Shown here piece after piece: positions 32,201 through 41,746 of a stretch of 64,000 bases of DNA. The first letter of the stretch is position 1, and each line of letters starts with the position of its first letter. Position numbers and translations under genes: made by a program. Below the pieces are notes generated by a model. That model had not been told where the DNA came from. It ran no database searches and worked only from the letters and a program-made list of their open reading frames with translations. Source of the stretch: Cyanobacteria bacterium P01_A01_bin.123 (GTDB lineage: Bacteria > Cyanobacteriota > Cyanobacteriia > Phormidesmidales > Phormidesmidaceae); contig JBCBZT010000020.1 of assembly GCA_039815185.1 (NCBI GenBank), forward strand, positions 1-64,000, in the 5' to 3' direction.

Positions 32201-32355
32201 CCCATCAAGCCACCCATCAACAACAGGAAGCACAGCAGGATGGCAAAAATCTGGCGGGTAAAAAAGAACGTCATCCAAGCAGGCGTCTGACGGTCATCGA
32301 CGTCAGTCGCGACCCCAGGCGATATTCCTGGGGTCGCGCGATCTTCAGTTTTCAC
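29095..32355 (-). CDS. RND-family efflux permease, paralog 2
   Basis: 1086 aa, collinear and highly similar to 23152-26430. Confidence 0.92.
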   Translation of the reverse strand: MKTEDRATPGISPGVATDVDDRQTPAWMTFFFTRQIFAILLCFLLLMGGLMGYLSMVKEGDPDIRIARAMITTTWGGTDAETIENQVTDKIEDQIKSLQGLDDFTSATFNSVSIINVAFQAEAPVGDSIQQLRGKVDDAEPELPSESDGREAPEFEQLSEQDTPVLTMALTGEGLDTVMLSQAAEDLQVRLESVSNVREVNLAGQREEVIHVQMIPSRLTTLGISTIQVRNAIQGSNIDNSWDLIRDDEIGAQVRLYGRFRTLEDLENVPIVRLTDNRMVRLGEVAEIYRGLERETNRAFLSWQGSEFRPTINLEMVKVAGSDTIRVIDDVLAAMENARQDPEIWPYGMDYRILTNDADLIQADLAGLGLNVLQASLCVFAILFVALTWREALIAGLAIPLTFAGAIFVLWILGYTLNTMVMVGMILSLGLLVDVFILMLEGLHDGIFVQGLGFSQAALKTVRTYAGPSFAGQLTTILAMAPLMAISGTMGKFIRLVPISAITCLVMSYAIALLAVIPLSKFLLGRPQGSHSKTFIDRLTEAASEKFAEWSLCTTVANRQVARLWTLGPIALFVCAVILFTQLPVSLFSAIDSRKLSINVELPPAATLERSQEVADRMGEIVSNYSDSNGDKVFESVVKLVGQRSNLVGSSELKPGSADYFVGLSAMFVERDQRASDSFQYVDGLRQTLDETIVRDYPGAVLAVQYDADPVQIELYGEDLEILRQISSQVQQALREIPGTMDVRDDLGNLREDFKLVPKREALDFYDISQEDLGAQGRFLMTDNSIGDFALGSGEEDLDIRLSTQWPSQQGAVGGPSRLDEFATLRFVTTSGEVLPGDALLEPVRGAVPLSITHRNTERSVTVLAKVIPGQDYYDSVILAELGPQLEAMQYDPSLSDEENAVRWPRGYTYRFGGDSDTTSETFGSAGQMLVVAIFLVFAVLVLQFGSYTQPVIIIMTIPFALIGTLMGLFLLNLSFSFPVMIGVIALTGIVVNDAIVMVETMNERRKQGLDVRHAAAFGASDRLRPILTTSITTVVGLIPLGLSSARWYPLCMAIILGLMSATLIALLVVPGLYLQLTPNNPKAVS

Positions 32356-33872
32356 TGGTCAGCCTCCCGATTGCCCTGCTCTTGATTGACAATTTCAACG
32401 GGTGTGCCATCAACAAGGCGATTTTGCCCCTCGACCACCACCAGTTCACCGGGTTCAACCCCTGACAAAATTTCCACTCCCGACAAACCTTCGATGCCTC
32501 GGGTGACGCGGCGACGTTGCACTGTGCCATCGGCCTGGTTAACAACAAAGGCATAAAATTGCTGATCTCTGGCAACTAAAGCACCTAAAGGAAGCACAAC
32601 CGTATCCGTTTGAACCGCAGTTTCAATCCAGACATAGGTTTGTCCGCCTACTTTCAGATTGCGCACCTGCTGAAAGTCTCGAATGGCGACTTCAATGCCT
32701 CGTCCCCCCGGTGTTTGGGATGGACTAACGGCAAAGACAACGCCTTCACTCCCGCGTTGTTGCGCGATACTGAGTAAGTCTTGACGGTTAGCGCCGGTGG
32801 CTTGGGCCGCGCTAACCTCTTCTTCCAAGACAACATAAGCCCGCTGTCCGGCGCGAATTTCCCCAGCGGCATCAGCCTGAATTTCTAACTCCACCTCAAA
32901 TGATTGGGGATTCATAACCACAATGGGAGCGGTTTCAATCGCGCTCTGGGCGCTGCTTCTATCCAAATATTGGGGATCCCAATATTCGCCCTCGCGGATG
33001 TTGATGTAAGCCACAATGCCGTCAATGGGCGAGACCAGTTGCGTATCTTCCAAATCAACGGCCACTTCGTTCAACCGGGCCTGGGATGATGTAATCGTGG
33101 CTTCAGCGGAGCGGATGCCTTCTTCAGCGGAGCGGACATCCTGGCGAGCTGTTTTGACGGCAGCTTCAGCTTGAGCAACTTGGTTTTGATAAACATCGCG
33201 ATCGCTCTCTGCAACCGCCCCCTGTTCAAACAAGGCTTGGTAGCGTCGCAGCTCAGTTTGGGCCAGGGCCAAGTCAGATTCTGCCTTTTCTAAATTTGCC
33301 TGAGCCTGGAGCAACGTGGCGGCGGATTGATTCCGCTGATTTTCTGAAATCTGGATATCGGCGGCGGCGGTTTCAAGACTAGAGTTTTGCCGACGGGAAT
33401 CGATCGTAGCCAGGAGCTGCCCTTGGGCAACCACATCGCCTTCCCTCAGATCTACATCGCTCACTTTTGTGACATAGGTAACATCGCCGCTCGCCTGGAA
33501 GTTGAGTACCCGCCGCTGCACTGGCCAAGCCGTGCCCTCATCAAATACCCATCCCGCCACTGAACCTGTTGGGGCTTGAATCACGCTTACCGGGAGTCGG
33601 GCCTGAGCGCGCGTTGTTTCAGTCGTTTCGAGACCCGGTGATGCGATCAGCCGAGTGTAAATTCTCCAACCGACAAAGCTCGTGACCATTAGCATGGCCA
33701 GGACAGTCGCTGGCCATAGGGGTCTTTTGGGCTTGTGAAAACTCGGCAGGGCAGGACGGTTAGCGGCAACTGGCTCAACGGTTTGGTCTTCAGCAGCATC
33801 AGCTTCCGTTGGTGAAACCGCTGAGGGCTCTGACTCAAAGGGGTGATCAGAGCTGAGGTGCTCAGAAGTCAT
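32352..33872 (-). CDS. RND periplasmic adaptor (MFP), paralog 2
   Basis: Collinear with 26427-27950; 4-bp overlap with the permease. Confidence 0.9.
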   Translation of the reverse strand: MTSEHLSSDHPFESEPSAVSPTEADAAEDQTVEPVAANRPALPSFHKPKRPLWPATVLAMLMVTSFVGWRIYTRLIASPGLETTETTRAQARLPVSVIQAPTGSVAGWVFDEGTAWPVQRRVLNFQASGDVTYVTKVSDVDLREGDVVAQGQLLATIDSRRQNSSLETAAADIQISENQRNQSAATLLQAQANLEKAESDLALAQTELRRYQALFEQGAVAESDRDVYQNQVAQAEAAVKTARQDVRSAEEGIRSAEATITSSQARLNEVAVDLEDTQLVSPIDGIVAYINIREGEYWDPQYLDRSSAQSAIETAPIVVMNPQSFEVELEIQADAAGEIRAGQRAYVVLEEEVSAAQATGANRQDLLSIAQQRGSEGVVFAVSPSQTPGGRGIEVAIRDFQQVRNLKVGGQTYVWIETAVQTDTVVLPLGALVARDQQFYAFVVNQADGTVQRRRVTRGIEGLSGVEILSGVEPGELVVVEGQNRLVDGTPVEIVNQEQGNREADQ

Positions 33873-33902
33873 AGTCGTCTAAAAGGCAAAGTGATATTTC
33901 CA

Positions 33903-33930
33903 AGATTACTAAACGGTTTAGTAATGTCAA
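33903..33930 (-). promoter_or_regulatory. sigma70-type promoter of the MFP2-RND2 operon overlapped by the same operator
   Basis: Minus strand TTGACA-16nt-TAATCT; palindrome ATTACTAAAC-G-GTTTAGTAAT at 33905-33925; divergent tetR gene adjacent. Confidence 0.8.
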
Positions 33931-34098
33931 CCGCATGGTTTAATAAAATGAGCAGGCTGTAAGGGGACTAAATACGGTTTTCAACTTGCTATCTGTATGA
34001 ATGCGCTCAATGCTAATGAGGCTTGGAGAGTGATAAGCTTTAGCTTGCCCGCAACCAGGGCAGCCTGCATTCGGCACTCGGATTGAGTACCAGACTTT

Positions 34099-34740
34099 AT
34101 GGAATCGACGCACGTGACGCTTTCAACTCAATCAAAGCCAGTTGATCCGCTTAATGACAAAGCGAAGGCGATCTTATCGGGTGCTTTGCAGGTGTTTACC
34201 ACCCAAGGGTACGCGGCTGCCAGTATGGATCGGATTGCATCGGCAGCTGGTGTGTCTAAACCAACGCTGTATCGTTATTTTCAAGACAAAGAGACGTTAT
34301 TTGTCACCTTGATTCAGCAGAGCATGCAAAAAAACCGCCAGTTGCTTTTCAATTTGCAGACTGCACCTGATTTACAACATGCGCCTGATAACGTTTTGCG
34401 TCAATTGGCCACTTCGGTGCTGGAAGAGTTTTCTCGTAATCAACCGCTTTCAACATTGATGCGATTGATCATTGGCGAGTCTGAGCGGTTTCCTGAATTA
34501 GCCCGGACTTTTGTGCGCGAAATCCAAAAGCCTTTACTTGAAGATCTCTCGGGTTATCTGGCTGCTCAAACTCAGCTGCAATTGCCTGATCCGATGGTTG
34601 CAGCCCGAATTTTTTCAGGGTCTATCGTGCATTACCTGATTGTGCAGGAGATCATGCACGGCAAGGATATTTTGCCTCTAGAGCGCGATCGCATGATCGA
34701 TGGCCTGATTCACCTAATAATGGCTGCGGGGAAAACATAG
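34099..34740 (+). CDS. TetR/AcrR-family transcriptional regulator
   Basis: HTH GYAAASMDRIASAAGVSKPTLYRYFQDKE; RLIIGESERFPEL C-domain. Confidence 0.93.
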   Translation: MESTHVTLSTQSKPVDPLNDKAKAILSGALQVFTTQGYAAASMDRIASAAGVSKPTLYRYFQDKETLFVTLIQQSMQKNRQLLFNLQTAPDLQHAPDNVLRQLATSVLEEFSRNQPLSTLMRLIIGESERFPELARTFVREIQKPLLEDLSGYLAAQTQLQLPDPMVAARIFSGSIVHYLIVQEIMHGKDILPLERDRMIDGLIHLIMAAGKT

Positions 34741-34756
34741 AAGCTTTGGGCCTCCC

Positions 34757-36286
34757 TCACGATTCCGCAATTTTTGCCCGACTATTATCTGCCGGACTAT
34801 CCACCCAAGGAATATCAACCTTAAAAGTTGTGCCAATGCCGACCTGGCTATCGACCTCAATCGTGCCGCCATGAAGATCCAGACACTTCTTGACCACCGC
34901 TAATCCTAGCCCTGTCCCTGAGACTGTTTGCACATTTTGCCCCCGGTGAAAGGAGTCAAACAGATGTTGCTGATCTGCTGGGGGGATACCAATACCTTGA
35001 TCGCTGATCTGGAAGCGCGTGTGACCATGCTCCCCCCAAATCGACAACTGGATTTCACTTTCTTGGGGTGAATATTTAATCGCGTTCGTCAAGAGACCCA
35101 TCAACAGTGCACGTAAAATTTTTTCGTCTAAATGAGCGTATTCACACTCCCCTTGATGGCTTACAGGAATGGACTGTTGGGCTTGGGTATTAAACTTGAC
35201 TTCTTCAATCAGACGGTTGCAAAAGTCTTGCAGGTCGATCTTTTGAGGATTAAATTCCAACTTACCTGCCTCAGCCCGAGTTAACAGCAAGATGTCAGCT
35301 AATAGTTGGGTCATAGTCTTAGCCGATGATTGAATGCGTCTGAGATTACGCGATCGCTTTGCTTCTGACCATTCAGCCTTCGGATTATCCAGTAATTGGG
35401 CCGACACTAAAATTGCACTCAAAGGGGTTCTCAATTCATGGGAAGCTAGGGAAAAGAAATTTAGTTTTAAGTCGGTAATCTCTTTAGCTTCCTCAATTTC
35501 TTTAACCGTGGTTTCAATAGCTTGACGCTGACCTAATGCCTTATTCAAGGCTGCTTTTGCACTCTGTAGATCAACTGTTTTAGTCTGGAGATTTTGGATG
35601 ATAGCCTGATTTTTGCGCTGCAGCTCGATTACCACCTGTTCCTGCCGTCTCAGCGTTTGCAGTAACCAGCCATACAACACACTAAGGGTAATAATGCCGG
35701 TTCCAACTGCCACACCTGTGAACCAAAATGCGTTATTGATACTAACTGTGGTATCAGCAATATCCCATTGTTGTTCGATGCTACCTTCATCTAGAAGTGA
35801 CTGTAGTGCTTGTTGAATGATAAGTTTTGATTCGCTCATCTCTCGAATAATTTCTAGCTGAGCAGACGGATCAGACAATCCCGTTTCTTTCAGCTCGATC
35901 CCTAGTTCCAAAAGATCGATGTGCGCTTCAACCGCCATCTCTAGTCCTTCTAAAGCCTCCCGGTATGTGGCGTCTCCTTCAAGCGCTTCATATTCCTCAG
36001 AAAAGTCTGTGAGGTAAATATCAATAATTTCTAGCTGTTCGTAATAGCCCTCCAAAGCCTCTTCTTGACCGCGCTCAAGATAGTTTTTTTGGTTGACTTC
36101 AGCCTCTGCGATCGTGACGAGCAACTCATTCAAGTAAGTGTAACCATCGCGCTCGTCCTCACTCCACTCCATGGGAAAAAATCGATGCACAATTGCCTGA
36201 CGGGCTATCATGGCGGTGCCTAGCAACGTGATCAGCGCAACCCCAAAACCTACGGTGAGCCACTGTCGAGTGCGGGAAAAATTCAT
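34757..36286 (-). CDS. Sensor histidine kinase (CHASE3-like periplasmic domain)
   Basis: Two TM segments, ASHELRTPL, NAIKYS, DQGIGI, GTGLGL. Confidence 0.92.
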   Translation of the reverse strand: MNFSRTRQWLTVGFGVALITLLGTAMIARQAIVHRFFPMEWSEDERDGYTYLNELLVTIAEAEVNQKNYLERGQEEALEGYYEQLEIIDIYLTDFSEEYEALEGDATYREALEGLEMAVEAHIDLLELGIELKETGLSDPSAQLEIIREMSESKLIIQQALQSLLDEGSIEQQWDIADTTVSINNAFWFTGVAVGTGIITLSVLYGWLLQTLRRQEQVVIELQRKNQAIIQNLQTKTVDLQSAKAALNKALGQRQAIETTVKEIEEAKEITDLKLNFFSLASHELRTPLSAILVSAQLLDNPKAEWSEAKRSRNLRRIQSSAKTMTQLLADILLLTRAEAGKLEFNPQKIDLQDFCNRLIEEVKFNTQAQQSIPVSHQGECEYAHLDEKILRALLMGLLTNAIKYSPQESEIQLSIWGEHGHTRFQISDQGIGIPPADQQHLFDSFHRGQNVQTVSGTGLGLAVVKKCLDLHGGTIEVDSQVGIGTTFKVDIPWVDSPADNSRAKIAES

Positions 36287-36364
36287 TGGATAGACGTTTA
36301 CTGAAGTTTGCCCTAGGCATCCACCATAATCTAGTTCGCCAGCAGTATCTTCAAAAAATTACCT

Positions 36365-37042
36365 ATGCGCATTCTTTTAGTCGAAGATGACCCGCAGCTT
36401 GGTGAAGGGCTGGTAGAGGCATTGACCGATGAAGGCTACGTGGTGGACTGGGTCAAGGATGGCGAAATGGGCTGGATTCAGGCGATTGATCTCAGCTATG
36501 ACCTGATTGTACTGGATGTCATGTTGCCTAAAATCAACGGCATTCACCTCTGTCAGCGACTGCGGGATGCAGGCAAACGGGTGCCGATTCTGATGTTGAC
36601 GGCCCGTGATACCAATCTGGATAAAGTGGTGGGGCTGGATGCCGGCGCTGATGATTACATGGTCAAGCCTTTTGACTTGATGGAGTTGTTAGCCCGTTTA
36701 CGAGCCTTGCTCCGTCGTAGCACGCTTGGGGAAGGTGACACGCTGTTGCTCTGGGAGAGTGTCAAACTTGATCCGGCAACCCATGAGGTGTTTTATGATG
36801 GCGCACCCTTGCGATTGACCCCCAAGGAATTTAGCCTGCTAGAACTGTTTCTGCGCAGTGGTCGACGCATCTTAAGTCGGTCTGTGTTGATCGATCAGTG
36901 TTGGTCAATGGAGGCTCCACCTGATGATGAGACGGTCAAATCTCACCTCAAAAGCCTGCGCCAAAAGTTGCGAAAGGCAGGTGCTCCCTCAGATCTGATT
37001 GAAACGGTGCATGGGGTGGGTTATCGGCTTAAACAGATGTAA
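36365..37042 (+). CDS. OmpR-family response regulator
   Basis: LLVEDD, LDVMLP, GADDYMVKPF, LTPKEF, IETVHGVGYRL; divergent from the kinase. Confidence 0.94.
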   Translation: MRILLVEDDPQLGEGLVEALTDEGYVVDWVKDGEMGWIQAIDLSYDLIVLDVMLPKINGIHLCQRLRDAGKRVPILMLTARDTNLDKVVGLDAGADDYMVKPFDLMELLARLRALLRRSTLGEGDTLLLWESVKLDPATHEVFYDGAPLRLTPKEFSLLELFLRSGRRILSRSVLIDQCWSMEAPPDDETVKSHLKSLRQKLRKAGAPSDLIETVHGVGYRLKQM

Positions 37043-37079
37043 CCGATTTCTGCCCGATTTCTACCCAAATTCTCTCCAA
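37043..37079 (+). promoter_or_regulatory. Putative response-regulator binding site (three 11-bp direct repeats), copy 1
   Basis: TTTCTGCCCGA/TTTCTACCCAA/ATTCTCTCCAA followed by TATAGT at 37089-37094; 28/37 identical to 37816-37852. Confidence 0.6.
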
Positions 37080-37134
37080 TCCGATTCCTATAGTGGGTTG
37101 CAGTGTCAACCAATATAGGAATCGTTTGAAGACT

Positions 37135-37785
37135 ATGCAACTTAAACTGACAGCAGTTTTGCTAGGCGCGATCGCCCTCGTGGCCGTTCCGGTCATTACC
37201 CATGGGCAATCGACACCAGAGATGGAATGCCCAGATGAGTTTGATGGAATTATACTCAGCGATCGCCAAAAATCACAACTGCAACAGTTAGAAATACGTT
37301 TGGACAATAGCATTGACGAGATTATCCCCATATCCGCTGAGAGTGAAGCAAAAATTGAAGCATTAGAGGAAAACTTCGATCGCCAGATTGAAGCAATTCC
37401 CTCCGCTCAACAGCAACAACAAATCGAGGCACTCGATCGCTGGGCAGAAGAACAAATCGCAGCCATTGCTCCGGCATTGCTTGAAGATGACGAGGATGAC
37501 GTCATGCTCACGCCCCAGCAGGAGTCACAGTTAGAGGCATTAGAAGAAGACTATGAACAGCGCTTTGGGACTATCCTCACTGCTGAGCAACAGCAACGAA
37601 TTGAGGCCCTTGAAGTGCAACTGGATGAGGCAATAGAGGCAGAATTACCTCAACCCACTGAGGAACAAGAAACAAGAATTGAAGCTGTTGAGGAAGAGTT
37701 TGAACAGCGTGTTATGCAAATTCTGACGGCTGATCAACGCCAGCAGTTGCAACGTAATCTAGCTTGCGACGAATCCGAAATCTAA
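37135..37785 (+). CDS. Secreted, very acidic Spy/CpxP-like (LTXXQ) protein
   Basis: Signal peptide; LSDRQ, LTPQQ, LTAEQ and LTADQ motifs in repeated helical units. Confidence 0.7.
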   Translation: MQLKLTAVLLGAIALVAVPVITHGQSTPEMECPDEFDGIILSDRQKSQLQQLEIRLDNSIDEIIPISAESEAKIEALEENFDRQIEAIPSAQQQQQIEALDRWAEEQIAAIAPALLEDDEDDVMLTPQQESQLEALEEDYEQRFGTILTAEQQQRIEALEVQLDEAIEAELPQPTEEQETRIEAVEEEFEQRVMQILTADQRQQLQRNLACDESEI

Positions 37786-37815
37786 AAAACAAGGGACATG
37801 GGTTGGGTTGGCTCA

Positions 37816-37852
37816 CCAATTTCTGCCCGAATTCCTTCCGAGATTTCTCCAA
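37816..37852 (+). promoter_or_regulatory. Putative response-regulator binding site, copy 2
   Basis: TTTCTGCCCGA/ATTCCTTCCGA/GATTTCTCCAA upstream of the DUF1800 gene. Confidence 0.55.
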
Positions 37853-37893
37853 ACCACTACTTGACGTGAACCTGTCGGAGCAGAGATTACCGT

Positions 37894-39561
37894 ATGAGAC
37901 GTCGCCAACTACTGAATACAATGGCTGCGATCGCAGCCGTTAGCCTGTCTCAAACCACAAAAAACCGGGCTGCCCAGGCTCAAACGACCACACCCACCCA
38001 TGCCTTTGAACATCTTGCACTCAATCGCATGGGGTTTGGGCCACGACCGGGAGATATTGAGCGGGTCAAGGCGATGGGGTTTGAAGCCTACGTGGCGGAG
38101 CAGCTAAATCCCAGCGATCGCGGTGACGACGATTGCCAACAGCGCTTGAGCGCAGCCGAATTGCCCAGACGACTCTGGGATGATGACGTGTCAGGGGGTA
38201 CTGGTCAAAGACTCACTAGCCTTGACAAGCCCTTGTCAGAGCTTTGGCAATTGTTCATCGAAGCAGACGTTGAAGACGAGATTTGGATTCGTCCCATTGT
38301 GGAAGTGACTGCCGCCACCTGGATTCGAGCCATCTACAGCCGTTGGCAGCTGCAAGAAGTCCTGGTCGACTTTTGGCATAACCACTTCAACGTCAACGCC
38401 TACAGCGACAACCTACCCATTGCCGTCACTTGGCCCTTCTACGATCGCACCATGCGTCAAAACTGTCTGGGTAACTTTCGGGAGTTCCTTGAAGCCGTGG
38501 CCCAAAGCCAACCGATGCTGTACTACCTAGACAATGTCATCAGTCTTGCCAGCCCTGCGAATGAAAACTATGCCCGGGAGCTGTTTGAGCTACACACCCT
38601 AGGCGCCGACAGCTACCTAAACGATCAATACCAGAGCCCACGAGACGTACCCAAGCTGGCCTCCGGTGAACCCGCTGGGTTTATTGATGAAGACATCTAT
38701 GAAGCCGCGCGAGCGTTTACAGGATGGACTGTTGCCAATGGAGAAGAAGTCGGCGACGAAGAATTTCTACCCAACACCGGAGCCTTTCACTATCAGGAAA
38801 GCTGGCATGACCCCTATCGGAAAATCGTTCTGGGTCATGAATTTCCCCCCAATCAGCCCCCCCTGGCAGATGGGCGCAAAGTACTTGACCTGCTGGCCTA
38901 TCACCCTGGTACCGCCCGTCATCTCTGCACCAAGCTATGTCGTCGGTTAGTGGGGGATGATCCGCCCCAAACTGTAGTGGAGAAGGCGATCGCCACCTGG
39001 ACGGAAAACCAGCGCCACCCCAATCAAATTCAGCACACCGTGCATACCATTCTGCTGTCCCCTGAATTTCGCAACGCCTATCAGCAGAAGGTCAAGCGCC
39101 CCTTTGAGCTGCTCGTGTCTTATCTGAGAGCTACAGCGGCAGAGGTTTCCCCATCTCTGGATTTATTCTGGGCCACAGAATCGGCAGGGCAGATGTTGTT
39201 TGGCTGGCCCGCTCCCAATGGTCATCCTGACACTGCCCAGCACTGGCTTAGCACCAATACCCTGATGAGCAGTTGGCATGCGCTAACTGCCTTAACCGAA
39301 GATGAATTGCCCACAGTCACCTTCGATTGGATTGGGCAAATGCCCCAGTCTCTAAATACGCCCAGACAAGTTGTGGACTACTGGGCTAACCGCCTGATTG
39401 GCCAACCGTTGCCTGAGCCTAGCACCCGTGCCCTGATGGCATTCATTGCACCGGAACAGGCTACCGACCAGCCCTTTGAAGCCAATCGAGCGGAGCTGAC
39501 TGAGCGCTTGACTCAGTTGGTGACACTCATTGCAATGTCCCCCGAGTTCCAATGGCGATAG
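37894..39561 (+). CDS. DUF1800 family protein with Tat-type signal
   Basis: MRRRQLL signal, LNRMGFGPRPG, FWHNHFNV, MLYYLDN, NENYARELFELHTLG. Confidence 0.9.
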   Translation: MRRRQLLNTMAAIAAVSLSQTTKNRAAQAQTTTPTHAFEHLALNRMGFGPRPGDIERVKAMGFEAYVAEQLNPSDRGDDDCQQRLSAAELPRRLWDDDVSGGTGQRLTSLDKPLSELWQLFIEADVEDEIWIRPIVEVTAATWIRAIYSRWQLQEVLVDFWHNHFNVNAYSDNLPIAVTWPFYDRTMRQNCLGNFREFLEAVAQSQPMLYYLDNVISLASPANENYARELFELHTLGADSYLNDQYQSPRDVPKLASGEPAGFIDEDIYEAARAFTGWTVANGEEVGDEEFLPNTGAFHYQESWHDPYRKIVLGHEFPPNQPPLADGRKVLDLLAYHPGTARHLCTKLCRRLVGDDPPQTVVEKAIATWTENQRHPNQIQHTVHTILLSPEFRNAYQQKVKRPFELLVSYLRATAAEVSPSLDLFWATESAGQMLFGWPAPNGHPDTAQHWLSTNTLMSSWHALTALTEDELPTVTFDWIGQMPQSLNTPRQVVDYWANRLIGQPLPEPSTRALMAFIAPEQATDQPFEANRAELTERLTQLVTLIAMSPEFQWR

Positions 39562-39572
39562 GAAAAAGAAAG

Positions 39573-40853
39573 ATGAAATTGACTCGACGCATGTGTTTAT
39601 TGGCAGGCGCTGGTGTCCTAGGAACCACGGCGATTCGCCCCATCAATCGCGCTATCTTGGGGGCCCCTTCTCCTGCCTCAAGTTCCAGCCGCTGGGTTAC
39701 GGGTGCTAACCCTGACCCAGAATTGTTGGTTATCGTGTTCCTGCGAGGCGGTTGTGATGGGCTCAATTTAGTAGCCCCTGTAGATGATCCGCATTATGTC
39801 GCGGCTAGACCTGCAAATCTGCGGGTACACGATCGGGGGGCAGAGGCTGGGCTGCCCCTCTCAAACCCTCCAGCCGATCTGGATTTCAGGCTGCACTCAG
39901 CAGCCCCAGAACTCAAAGAACTCTATGACAACCACTCTTTAGCAATCGTGCACGCCTGTGGATTAACCCACGGCACCCGCAGCCATTTTGAAGCCCAAGC
40001 CTTGATGGAGCTTGGCACAGCCACTGACAAGGGATTGACGACAGGTTGGTTATCTCGGGCGATCGCCCCTACCGATACCTCAGGCATAATCCCTGCTGTA
40101 GCCCTTTCTCCCAGCTTGCCGATGTCACTGTGGGGAACGACGACGGCGATCTCCATGACGAGCCTTGAAGACTTTGTGCTGCCTGGGGAAGCGGACTACG
40201 CCACTGTGCTCAATCAGCTCTATCAAGGCACCAGCCCAGCCCACGCAGCGGGCAACCGACTGTTAACAGCATTGCAAGCAGTGGACGTTTCAGATTCCCA
40301 ACGAGAGGCTATTCTGGCAGATTTAGAAGCCGTAGAGTCTTACTCAGACGAGTATGCATACGACTTTGGACGCGGGCTACGCACGATCGCTACCCTAGCA
40401 AGGTTAGATGTAGGCTTGCAGGTCGCCACAATTGACTATGACGGTTGGGATACCCATGCCGATCAGGCTTGGGAATTTTCAGAACTGGTGGCCGGGTTGT
40501 CCCAGTCGCTATCGGCTTTTTATCAAGACATCAGCCGCGATCGCAACCGTGTCACAGTCCTGGTAATGACAGAATTTGGCCGACGATTACGGGCTAATGA
40601 AAGCAGTGGCACCGACCATGGATTTGGTAGTGTGATGTTAGCGCTAGGAGAGCATGTAAACGGGGGGCGTATTTTTGGCCAATGGCCAGGTCTAGCCACA
40701 GAGCAGCTAGATCGCGGCGCTGATCTGGCGATTACAACGGACTTTCGTCATGTATTGGGAGAGTATCTGACGAAACGATTGCAGACCCCAAGCTTAAAAG
40801 CCATTTTCCCCGACTTATCAGCCTACGAACCGCCGGATATTTTCAAAGCCTGA
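39573..40853 (+). CDS. DUF1501 family protein with Tat-type signal
   Basis: LTRR signal, FLRGGCDGLN, RSHFEAQ, GWDTH, TEFGRR..N..GTDHG. Confidence 0.9.
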   Translation: MKLTRRMCLLAGAGVLGTTAIRPINRAILGAPSPASSSSRWVTGANPDPELLVIVFLRGGCDGLNLVAPVDDPHYVAARPANLRVHDRGAEAGLPLSNPPADLDFRLHSAAPELKELYDNHSLAIVHACGLTHGTRSHFEAQALMELGTATDKGLTTGWLSRAIAPTDTSGIIPAVALSPSLPMSLWGTTTAISMTSLEDFVLPGEADYATVLNQLYQGTSPAHAAGNRLLTALQAVDVSDSQREAILADLEAVESYSDEYAYDFGRGLRTIATLARLDVGLQVATIDYDGWDTHADQAWEFSELVAGLSQSLSAFYQDISRDRNRVTVLVMTEFGRRLRANESSGTDHGFGSVMLALGEHVNGGRIFGQWPGLATEQLDRGADLAITTDFRHVLGEYLTKRLQTPSLKAIFPDLSAYEPPDIFKA

Positions 40854-41005
40854 AGTAAAACCGTCTAGCCTATATCAGGTTTGATAAAAAGGTTCCGACC
40901 AGAATTTTCCATCGGTATCAAAATCAAATAGAGGCAGTGTTAAAAAGCCAAAGGGACGGAGTATGATAGTCCAGATTTGCTCAATAGGCTGACTGGGTAG
41001 CACTT

Positions 41006-41662
41006 ATGGCTTTGCAACTGCGGGTTTATGTTCCACCACACCCTTTAATTAAACATTGGCTCGGTGTTTCACGGGATGTGGCCACCCCGTCTGTGCTGTT
41101 TCGCAGCGCCATGACCGAACTAGGGCGATGGTTGACCTACGAGGCTATTCGAGATTGGTTACCCACCTTAGACACCACGGTAGAAACACCCCTAGGGGAA
41201 AGTGCAGCCACGTTTGTCAACCCAGAAGTGCCCGTGGCGATTGTGCCAATTTTGCGGGCAGGGCTAGCCTTGATGGAAGGGGCACAGGCCTTGTTGCCGC
41301 TGGCGTCGGTTTACCACATTGGTTTTGCCCGCAATGAAGAAACCCTAGAGGCGACCTGTTATCTCAATAAACTCCCCGAGCAACTTGCCCCCGAAACCCA
41401 CGTGTTAATTAGTGAACCGATGCTCGCTACCGGAGGCACCATTATGGCTATGATGACGGAATTGACCCAGCGTGGCATTGATCCGGCCCGAGTGCGGATT
41501 ATCTCAGTCGTGACTTCACCCCAAGCATTGCAAAAACTGGCAGCAGCCTACCCCGCCTTGAATATATACGCAGCCACCATTGATGAAGGCTTAAACGAAC
41601 AGGGTTTCATTGTGCCAGGATTAGGGGACGCAGGCGATCGCACTTTTGGCACCGACGATTAA
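41006..41662 (+). CDS. upp: Uracil phosphoribosyltransferase
   Basis: HPLIKH, VPILRAG, PMLATGGT, IVPGLGDAGDR. Confidence 0.96.
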   Translation: MALQLRVYVPPHPLIKHWLGVSRDVATPSVLFRSAMTELGRWLTYEAIRDWLPTLDTTVETPLGESAATFVNPEVPVAIVPILRAGLALMEGAQALLPLASVYHIGFARNEETLEATCYLNKLPEQLAPETHVLISEPMLATGGTIMAMMTELTQRGIDPARVRIISVVTSPQALQKLAAAYPALNIYAATIDEGLNEQGFIVPGLGDAGDRTFGTDD

Positions 41663-41746
41663 AGCTGCTTTACCTGACCCATCCCCCATACAGATGCGAT
41701 GAATCGCGTTTCTGCACATCCACACCACTACTCCCCAAGTACCACC

